From an uncultured Maribacter sp. (GTDB taxonomy: Bacteria; Bacteroidota; Bacteroidia; Flavobacteriales; Flavobacteriaceae), in assembly GCA_964432915.1 (NCBI GenBank), contig CAYSPL010000014.1, positions 1,676 to 65,675 on the forward strand: a DNA stretch of 64,000 bases, given 5' to 3'. A model generated the notes under the pieces. It saw only the letters and a list, made by a program, of their open reading frames with translations, did not search any database and was not told the DNA's origin. The translations under genes and the position numbers were made by a program. The stretch's first letter is position 1. The number at the start of each line of letters is the position of its first letter. Below are positions 57,060 to 64,000 of the stretch, in pieces.

Positions 57060-57977
57060 ATGGCTGAAATCGATTTTTATATCGTTGATGTTTTTGCTGA
57101 GAAGAAATATGCTGGTAATCAACTCGCTGTTTTTATGGATTTGGAACAACAACTAACTGCAGAACAGATGTTGCAGATGGCAAGGGAAATCAATTTTGCC
57201 GAAAGTACCTTCATAAGATCGGTTGAAAAAGACGGAACTTTTGGGGTGCGTATTTTCACTACTGAATACGAAGTGCCTTTTGCAGGGCATCCTACCTTGG
57301 GCACGACCTATATTTTGGCCAAACATCTAGTGAATGAGGCGTCAAGTGAGATCGCGCTGCGCTTAAAGAAAGGAGAAATTCCGGTTCAAATTTCCAATCC
57401 TAAAGATTTGGAGGCAAGTCGGTTTACAATGCAACAAGTGCAGCCTGAATTTGGGCCCGAATTTGATGCTCAAACCATATCTAATTCTTTGGATATTCCA
57501 TTGGAATATTTTGACACCTCCATGCCAATTCTAGAGGTTAACACAGGTTTGCCGTATCTGATTATCTTCCTAAAGAATTTAGAGGGCATAGGAAATATAA
57601 AATTAAACCCTGATAAAGTAGAACGGTTTTTAAAACAGGAAAAGTTGTTTAAAACCAATAACCCTAGAGGTTTGACAACCAATCTGTTCTTTGTGACCCC
57701 AGAAACTGTTGAAAAGAAAAATGACTTTCATTCCAGAATGCTGGTTTTGGAGGATGGACAGATTTGGGAGGATGCAGCAACCGGAAGTGCCAACGGGTGT
57801 TTTTTGGCCTATTTGTTGAAACACCAAAACACTTCAATTTCTGCCGTTGTGGAACAGGGTTTTGAAATGGGGCGAAAATCCATTTTGTATTTGGATGGCA
57901 AGCTGAACAATGAAAAATATCAATTAAAAGTAGGGGGTCAGGTAGTGCCTATAAGCAAGGGAACTTGGTCAATTTAA
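57060..57977 (+). CDS. PhzF family isomerase/epimerase
   Basis: 305 aa; VDVF..GNQLAV, RIFT..EVPFAGHPTLG, EDAATGSANG. Confidence 0.92.
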   Translation: MAEIDFYIVDVFAEKKYAGNQLAVFMDLEQQLTAEQMLQMAREINFAESTFIRSVEKDGTFGVRIFTTEYEVPFAGHPTLGTTYILAKHLVNEASSEIALRLKKGEIPVQISNPKDLEASRFTMQQVQPEFGPEFDAQTISNSLDIPLEYFDTSMPILEVNTGLPYLIIFLKNLEGIGNIKLNPDKVERFLKQEKLFKTNNPRGLTTNLFFVTPETVEKKNDFHSRMLVLEDGQIWEDAATGSANGCFLAYLLKHQNTSISAVVEQGFEMGRKSILYLDGKLNNEKYQLKVGGQVVPISKGTWSI

Positions 57978-57995
57978 AATAATATCAATTTAAAT

Positions 57996-58778
57996 ATGAG
58001 TTACAATAACCTTTTAGTTACTGAAGACGGAAGTATCGCGACCGTGACCATCAATCGCCCATCAAAATTGAATGCTTTGAACAAAGAAACCATTCAAGAA
58101 CTTCATGAAGCCTTTAGCGATTTGAATGAAGATAAAGCCATCAAAGTGGTTATTTTGACCGGAAGTGGCGAAAAAGCATTTGTTGCAGGAGCCGATATTG
58201 TTGAATTTGCTGATTTTTCGGAAAGTGAAGGCGGTCAATTGGCGGCCAAAGGGCAAGAATTGCTATTTGATTTTGTTGAAAATATGTCCACTCCCATAAT
58301 CGCCGCAGTAAATGGTTTTGCCTTGGGTGGGGGGTTGGAACTAGCTATGGCCTGTCATTTTAGGGTGGCAAGTGAAAATGCCAAAATGGGGTTACCAGAG
58401 GTCTCTTTGGGTGTGATTCCAGGGTATGGCGGCACCCAACGTTTACCACAATTGGTGGGTAAGGGTAGGGCTATGGAAATGATTATGACAGCCGGCATGA
58501 TCGATGCCAAAACAGCAGCGAATTATGGGTTGGTGAACCATGTAGTTGGGCAAGAAGAATTGCTTCCCTTTTGTGAAAAGCTGGCGGGTCGTATATCGAA
58601 TAATTCACTTGTGGCCATTGCGCATGCAATAAAAGCGGTAAATGCTGGTTTTAAAGAGGATAGTAACGGATATGCTGCTGAAATCGAGGCTTTCGGAAAA
58701 TGTTTCGCAACTGCTGATTTCAAAGAAGGCACATCTGCTTTTTTGGAAAAACGAAAAGCAGATTTCCCAGGCGCGTAG
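57996..58778 (+). CDS. Enoyl-CoA hydratase/isomerase family protein
   Basis: 260 aa; AFVAGADI, NGFALGGGLELAMAC, GLPEVSLGVIPGYGGTQRL. Confidence 0.94.
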   Translation: MSYNNLLVTEDGSIATVTINRPSKLNALNKETIQELHEAFSDLNEDKAIKVVILTGSGEKAFVAGADIVEFADFSESEGGQLAAKGQELLFDFVENMSTPIIAAVNGFALGGGLELAMACHFRVASENAKMGLPEVSLGVIPGYGGTQRLPQLVGKGRAMEMIMTAGMIDAKTAANYGLVNHVVGQEELLPFCEKLAGRISNNSLVAIAHAIKAVNAGFKEDSNGYAAEIEAFGKCFATADFKEGTSAFLEKRKADFPGA

Positions 58779-58799
58779 CATATTCTCAAAAACCTACTT

Positions 58800-60374
58800 A
58801 TGAAACCGCTAAAACTAATGGCAGTAACCTTAATTACTGCAGCTTTCCAATTTGTGGCCGCGCAAGAAATACCAGTAAATTATTCTCTGGGTGAAAAATA
58901 TGCCGATCGCCATAAGTATTCCACTGTACTTTCAATGGAGCGCACTGATAGCGACGAAACTGTATTGGTCCGCACCTATTACGGGGGTATGCCCTTACGT
59001 CCAAAAGGTCATTTTATTGAGATTTATAATGAGGATATGACCTTGAAAACCAACTATAATTATAAATATGCTGGTGAAAACATGGTAGGCGGTTTTGTAA
59101 AAAATGGACAGCTCAATCTGTTGGAATTGGTTTATGATTGGAAGCAAGAGGCCTATCAATACGTTGTTCATCAAAGCTCTATCGTGGAATTCAATTTCTC
59201 AAAAAAGGGACTTCTTTCCATTCCTTCCAAAGAAGTAATGAATCCACTTGCAATCAGTAAATACCATCGAGATTTTAAAAATGGCTTTACAACAGCGGTT
59301 CATTTCAATGATGAAAAAACTGCTTTTGCCATCACGGTGCATCACCGTGAAAGAAAAGACGAGAAATATAAAGTATTTCTGTATGATACCAGTTTGAACC
59401 AAAGGTTTAAATATGATTTCAGCAGCCAAATTGCTGAAAAAAACTATGCCTTTGAAAATATCGCCACCTCAAATGATTTGAACACGGTTTATTTGTTGGG
59501 CAAAGCATTTTTCAGAAAAAAACGTATCGGGGCGAAGGAGCGAAAATTTCAATATGAATTGGTAAAGATCGACGCAAACGGGCATGACACGCAAGAGTTT
59601 GCTGATGAGGGCAGGTATCCTGAATCTTTGAAACCCATTTTAATAAACAATGAATTGGTCGCGGTGGGGTTTTATTCCGATAGAAAAGACAATAGATATA
59701 ACGGATTGGCTTACTTCAAAATGAACTCCAACACTTTGGGTATTGTTGCCAAAAAATACAATGCCTTTTCAACACAATTCATGAAAGATAAATTTGGGCG
59801 TGATGTTAACGCTAAAATTAAAAACCTGATTTTTAAAGATGTTCATATCACTCGTAACAAAGACATTGTTTTCAGTGCTGAAGAATATTTTGTGACCTCA
59901 GGTGATGATATTAGTGAAGGCGCCACTAAAAAAGTACAGCGGTATCATTACAATGATATCGTATGTGCCAAAATGGATTCGAACGGAGAGATGTTATGGG
60001 CCAGAAACATCAACAAAGCTGAGGTAACACAGGGCGATGAGGCTTATGCGTCTTATACTGCTTTTGGTCAAGGCAATGACATGTATTTTTTTATCAATTC
60101 AGGGGAGCATCCTCAGAAAATAGGAAAAGATCGTATTCTTTTCAAGCAAGGTTTTAGTAGAAACCCAAATGTATTTGTTATCAAGGCTGATACAAATGGG
60201 GATCTCTCGTATAAGAAGTTAATCGATGACAAAGAAGTTCGTTTGCCCGTAATGGTTTCAAGACCTTTTATTGATAAAAAAGACCATGAACTTTTGTTTT
60301 ACGCTAAGCGTGGAAACAAAAAGCAATTGATCAATGTTGCATTTGACAAATTCAAAACGAAAGAGGCGAAATAA
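58800..60374 (+). CDS. Secreted hypothetical protein
   Basis: 524 aa ORF with a signal peptide and beta-rich composition; no motif recognised. Confidence 0.75.
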   Translation: MKPLKLMAVTLITAAFQFVAAQEIPVNYSLGEKYADRHKYSTVLSMERTDSDETVLVRTYYGGMPLRPKGHFIEIYNEDMTLKTNYNYKYAGENMVGGFVKNGQLNLLELVYDWKQEAYQYVVHQSSIVEFNFSKKGLLSIPSKEVMNPLAISKYHRDFKNGFTTAVHFNDEKTAFAITVHHRERKDEKYKVFLYDTSLNQRFKYDFSSQIAEKNYAFENIATSNDLNTVYLLGKAFFRKKRIGAKERKFQYELVKIDANGHDTQEFADEGRYPESLKPILINNELVAVGFYSDRKDNRYNGLAYFKMNSNTLGIVAKKYNAFSTQFMKDKFGRDVNAKIKNLIFKDVHITRNKDIVFSAEEYFVTSGDDISEGATKKVQRYHYNDIVCAKMDSNGEMLWARNINKAEVTQGDEAYASYTAFGQGNDMYFFINSGEHPQKIGKDRILFKQGFSRNPNVFVIKADTNGDLSYKKLIDDKEVRLPVMVSRPFIDKKDHELLFYAKRGNKKQLINVAFDKFKTKEAK

Positions 60375-60443
60375 TATCATTTAATTTGAAAGGGATAATT
60401 TATTTATCGGATATAATCCATATTTTTGGAATAAATCCTATAA

Positions 60444-61517
60444 TTGAAACAAAAAAATTACCTTAAAGGTAGGGGAGCCCAACAGAACACGCCCAACAGA
60501 TTTTTTAAGGAAATTTACGAAACCAGGGATGATTTCTTGGAGTTTTGTAGAATTGAGGGTGAGGAAGCCTCAAATAATAGCACCCAGTACATCCCTATTT
60601 TTCCGAAAACCATTGTGAACAAAATCAATAGTCCAGATGTGGGCATGGCCTTTTCCATGAATCCCTATCAGGGTTGTGAGCATGGTTGCATTTACTGCTA
60701 TGCGAGAAACACCCATGAATATTGGGGATATAGTGCTGGCTTGGATTTTGAACGAAAGATTTTGATCAAAAAAGACGCCCCAAAGTTATTGGAAGAAAAG
60801 TTGAAAAGTAAACGTTGGAAGGCCAAAACCATAGTTTTATCTGGAAATACAGACTGCTACCAACCTGCTGAGAAGAAATTCAAGATTACTAGGGCGTGTC
60901 TTGAAGTTTTTTGGAAGTACAGGCATCCTGTGGGCATCATAACCAAAAACGCATTGGTCTTGAGGGACTTGGATATTCTAAAAAAACTGAATGAACATCA
61001 ATTGATCGCCATCAATATTTCGGTAACATCACTTTCAGAAAAAACAAGAAGAATTTTGGAACCCAGAACAGCCACCATTAAAAAACGATTGGAGGCGATA
61101 CGCATTTTGTCTGAAAATGGCATACCCGTAAACGCGATGTTGGCCCCTATGATACCGGGCATTAATAGCCATGAACTATTGAATCTGGCAAAGGTGGTAT
61201 CTGACCATGGCGCTCGATCTTTTACATTTACCGTGGTTCGATTGAATGGTGCCATAGGAGCGATTTTCACTGACTGGATCGAAAAAACACTGCCTAACAA
61301 GGCAGAGAAAGTGCTCAATCAAATAGCCGCTTGTCATCACGGAACATTGAATGACAGCCGATTGGGTATTCGCGGCAAAGGAGAAGGTAAAATAGCGCAA
61401 CAAATACATGATATGGCACGCTTGGCCAAACAAAAGTATTTTAAGAATAAAGTCTTTCCTGAGTTAAACCATGAATTGCACGAACCATATAAAACTGGTC
61501 AAATGAAATTGTTTTAG
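60444..61517 (+). CDS. PA0069/Rv2578c-like radical SAM protein (SplB-related)
   Basis: 357 aa; NPYQGCEHGCIYCYAR, SGNTDCYQPAE, RILEPR; TTG start. Confidence 0.9.
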   Translation: MKQKNYLKGRGAQQNTPNRFFKEIYETRDDFLEFCRIEGEEASNNSTQYIPIFPKTIVNKINSPDVGMAFSMNPYQGCEHGCIYCYARNTHEYWGYSAGLDFERKILIKKDAPKLLEEKLKSKRWKAKTIVLSGNTDCYQPAEKKFKITRACLEVFWKYRHPVGIITKNALVLRDLDILKKLNEHQLIAINISVTSLSEKTRRILEPRTATIKKRLEAIRILSENGIPVNAMLAPMIPGINSHELLNLAKVVSDHGARSFTFTVVRLNGAIGAIFTDWIEKTLPNKAEKVLNQIAACHHGTLNDSRLGIRGKGEGKIAQQIHDMARLAKQKYFKNKVFPELNHELHEPYKTGQMKLF

Positions 61518-61525
61518 TTTGTCGA

Positions 61526-62950
61526 CTAACCCAATTCCCAGCCTTTTCTATAAGTGCCTTTGACCCATTGATTGGCCAAATCCCAATTGGTAACTTTCAT
61601 ATTGACACCGTCCCACTTAAGTTTGCGACGACCTGGGTATTGGTATGGATCCCAATCCCCTACTTTTTTACCTTCCTTTAATTCTTTTAATTGAAATGCC
61701 CTGATGGCCAAATTACCCATAAGAACAGCTTCTGTCAATGGGCCTGACTTACTAAAGTCAGAAGATGCTTTTGTTCCATTCAAACAAGCATTCACAAAGT
61801 TGGCTTTATGGCCTGAAGTATCACCAGGAATACGCTCTAAATAAGGCGCAGGTGGCGTAATCATTTTCATGGTATTGGAAGGCACCAAACGTGCATTTCT
61901 TGAATAAACATCACAAATCAATATGCCCCGAGTACCATAAAAGATCGAACCACCGCCACCTGCACCCATGGTTTCCCCGTCTTTTAACTCATCTGGCAAA
62001 TCAGGCATAATTCCACCATCATACCAATTCAAGGCAATATCACCATGTTTGGGTGTGTTGAATTTCAATCGGACCAAGGAAGATGACGGACAAGATTGAC
62101 TGTAATCAGCTTCCACAAAATCACCTACCCAATTGGTGGTACAGCTTGCTTCTGCTTCTGTGGGATACCCGAGGTCAAGAACACTGAAAGGGGTTTCCAT
62201 AATGTGACAACCCATATCACCAAGGGCTCCCGTACCAAAATCCCACCAGCCACGCCACTTAAAAGGCAAATAAGACGCATTATAATCTCTATTGGTAGCA
62301 GCACCCAGCCATAAATCCCAATCAAGACCTTCTGGTACTGCTTGTTTTTCAGTGGGAACAGGAATGCCCTGAGGCCAAACGGGTCTATTCGTCCAACAAT
62401 CCACTTTATATACTTTGCCTATAATACCAGATTCGATTAGCTCTCGTGCTTCTCTACTGCCATCTGATGAAGCACCTTGGTTGCCCATTTGACTTACAAT
62501 ACCATTTTCTTTGGCTACCTGGGTCATTATTCGCGCTTCATTGATATTATGTGTCAAGGGTTTTTCAACATAAGCATGTTTTTTGGCCCTCATGAATGGC
62601 AATGCGATTGAGGCATGCATATGATCGGGCGTCGCCACAACAATAGCATCGATATCCTTCACATGCTTATCATATAATTTTCTAAAATCTTTGAATTTTT
62701 TGGCTTTCGGAAATTTGGCATAAGTGCCCGAAGCTCTTCTATCATCTACATCACATAGGGCTATGAATTTTACTTTTCCGGTATCATAGAGAGCCTGAAT
62801 ATCTCCACCGCCTTGACCGCCGGCACCAAAGCCCGCCATATACAGAGTGTCACTGGGGGGCACATGGGTTTTACCCATCACAAAACTGGGTACAATTGAA
62901 AATGCCGCTGAGGCTGCTGCTGATTTTTTTATGAACTTTCTTCTTTGCAT
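61526..62950 (-). CDS. Tat-exported Gfo/Idh/MocA family oxidoreductase
   Basis: 474 aa; MQRRKFIK twin-Arg, VATPDHMH, YVEKPLTH, GALGDMGCH. Confidence 0.92.
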   Translation of the reverse strand: MQRRKFIKKSAAASAAFSIVPSFVMGKTHVPPSDTLYMAGFGAGGQGGGDIQALYDTGKVKFIALCDVDDRRASGTYAKFPKAKKFKDFRKLYDKHVKDIDAIVVATPDHMHASIALPFMRAKKHAYVEKPLTHNINEARIMTQVAKENGIVSQMGNQGASSDGSREARELIESGIIGKVYKVDCWTNRPVWPQGIPVPTEKQAVPEGLDWDLWLGAATNRDYNASYLPFKWRGWWDFGTGALGDMGCHIMETPFSVLDLGYPTEAEASCTTNWVGDFVEADYSQSCPSSSLVRLKFNTPKHGDIALNWYDGGIMPDLPDELKDGETMGAGGGGSIFYGTRGILICDVYSRNARLVPSNTMKMITPPAPYLERIPGDTSGHKANFVNACLNGTKASSDFSKSGPLTEAVLMGNLAIRAFQLKELKEGKKVGDWDPYQYPGRRKLKWDGVNMKVTNWDLANQWVKGTYRKGWELG

Positions 62951-63046
62951 TTTAAAAAAAATTTAATTGCAATGAAGATAAAGAAAATATGTATTGGATT
63001 TTAAATGATTGAATGACCTTCAAAAAAATTAGAGGAACATTTCAGA

Positions 63047-64000
63047 TTATTGTCCAGTGATTTCTTTGAGTTTGTCGAAGAAGTTTCTTTTTCTTTCTGA
63101 GTTGATGCCCCAATCAACAGGCACTGATTGAAACCCATCTTTGTACCCCTCACCGGGTTTTCTAAAGTCAAAGTAGCCCCATGATGCATATTCATCAATG
63201 GCCGCTAAAAAATTATAGTCTGTTTTGTCGAAATCAAAATGATCATCTTCATTGATGACAATGGGTTTATTATTGCCCCCTTCAACATTTCTGGTTCTTC
63301 TAATAATATCACGCAATCTGTTGGGATCCTTTACACCATTGCCATGAATAAGAATGTAATCAGAATCATTGATGACTTGTGATGATGGCACAGTACCGCC
63401 CGAGTAGCTAGTACTTACCAGTAGGCGTTGACCGTTTCTTTCAGTGTTCTTTACTCTTTGAACTAATTCGTGAATACGATTCTCACCCAAAATATCGTGG
63501 TCATATGCGTTAAGATTGCACTCATTGTTGACTTCGACCAATATATTTTGATAACCTTTTTCCAAAATCCAATAGGTGATATTGTCTACGGCATTCAGTA
63601 TTGCGGTCTCATCTTTCAATACCTGATCTTGACCAAAATAGAAATAGCCTAAAATAACCACCATCTGCAATCGATCTGCTTCATTCAATATGCGTTCCAG
63701 GCGTTTTCTATAACTTGGAATTAAATGGCCATCTGAATTAAAAGCTGAATTGATCCAAGGTTTATTATTGCCATAACCCGTGGGACTACCACCTTGCAAG
63801 TTTAAGGTAAATGCCAAGAGACCCCGTTTTTTCCATTCAGACATTTGGCTAATGAATTCATTGGTGTTTCTTTCAGGATCCCAAACATTGGTATCAGGAT
63901 AAACAAATTGTTGACGAGTGGCCCGATTTGTATCATCAAAAATACCTTGAACCATTCGTGAGTTCATCAGTAAACCTTCAATTTTTCTGCCTTGCCAATA
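63047..64000 (-). CDS. Hypothetical clan GH-A-like TIM-barrel glycoside hydrolase (5' end beyond the window)
   Basis: Frame stays open to the window end (YWQGRKIEGLLMNSRMVQG...); EVNNEC acid/base-like and INEDD nucleophile-like motifs. Confidence 0.6.
   Translation of the reverse strand, partial: YWQGRKIEGLLMNSRMVQGIFDDTNRATRQQFVYPDTNVWDPERNTNEFISQMSEWKKRGLLAFTLNLQGGSPTGYGNNKPWINSAFNSDGHLIPSYRKRLERILNEADRLQMVVILGYFYFGQDQVLKDETAILNAVDNITYWILEKGYQNILVEVNNECNLNAYDHDILGENRIHELVQRVKNTERNGQRLLVSTSYSGGTVPSSQVINDSDYILIHGNGVKDPNRLRDIIRRTRNVEGGNNKPIVINEDDHFDFDKTDYNFLAAIDEYASWGYFDFRKPGEGYKDGFQSVPVDWGINSERKRNFFDKLKEITGQ

Noticed and set aside
57060-57977. Phenazine biosynthesis cluster
   Set aside because: Solitary PhzF-like gene without phzA/B/D/E/G.
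60444-61517. RiPP-maturing radical SAM system
   Set aside because: Motifs fit the SplB-like PA0069 family; no SPASM domain and no precursor peptide adjacent.
192-63911. Numerous 60-175 aa ORFs antisense or out of frame to core genes (e.g. 27621-28148, 20747-21232, 53101-53592, 7224-7667)
   Set aside because: Shadow ORFs fully overlapping well-supported genes, with no recognisable motifs.
1-64000. tRNA, rRNA and riboswitches (including TPP near thiL)
   Set aside because: No cloverleaf, rRNA-like or TPP consensus (CTGAGA...) sequence was recognised by eye; a covariance-model scan was not possible.

Overview
Chromosomal window from a marine-type Flavobacteriaceae (Bacteroidota), judged from TAnnTTTG promoter boxes, gene content and AT richness. 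The core content is an iron/cofactor neighbourhood: sdhCAB, a SUF Fe-S operon (iscA-sufB-sufC-sufD-[2 beta-barrel genes]-sufS-sufE-sufT), a nearly complete heme pathway (hemA, hemC-hemD fusion, hemE, hemF, hemB, hemH, hemJ), plus thiL, hflX, brnQ, rimK and three large BNR/VPS10-type beta-propeller hydrolases. No rRNA, tRNA, CRISPR array, IS transposase, integrase or prophage was recognised. The most striking non-core signal is a dispersed family of GC-rich double-hairpin palindromic repeats (consensus CCTCCCCT-N4-5-AGGGGAGGTG-variable hairpin-CGGAGGGG), with at least 7 copies. Four copies form two REPIN-like inverted doublets that bracket a lone DUF559 (Vsr-like) endonuclease gene. This is the architecture of a REP/RAYT REPtron, but with a PD-(D/E)XK-type nuclease in place of the HUH transposase. 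Two identical 63-bp copies bracket an AT-rich LAS-type peptidase gene. Other signals are a second REP-like family with a nested and a possibly in-frame insertion, a multi-hairpin element between 55-bp direct repeats, heptamer arrays around a four-helix-bundle pseudogene and around hemJ, a shared palindromic iron-type operator, a candidate sRNA/sORF, a nonsense-interrupted porin gene and a hemJ with no canonical start codon. All calls come from reading the sequence and recognising motifs; no database search was run.
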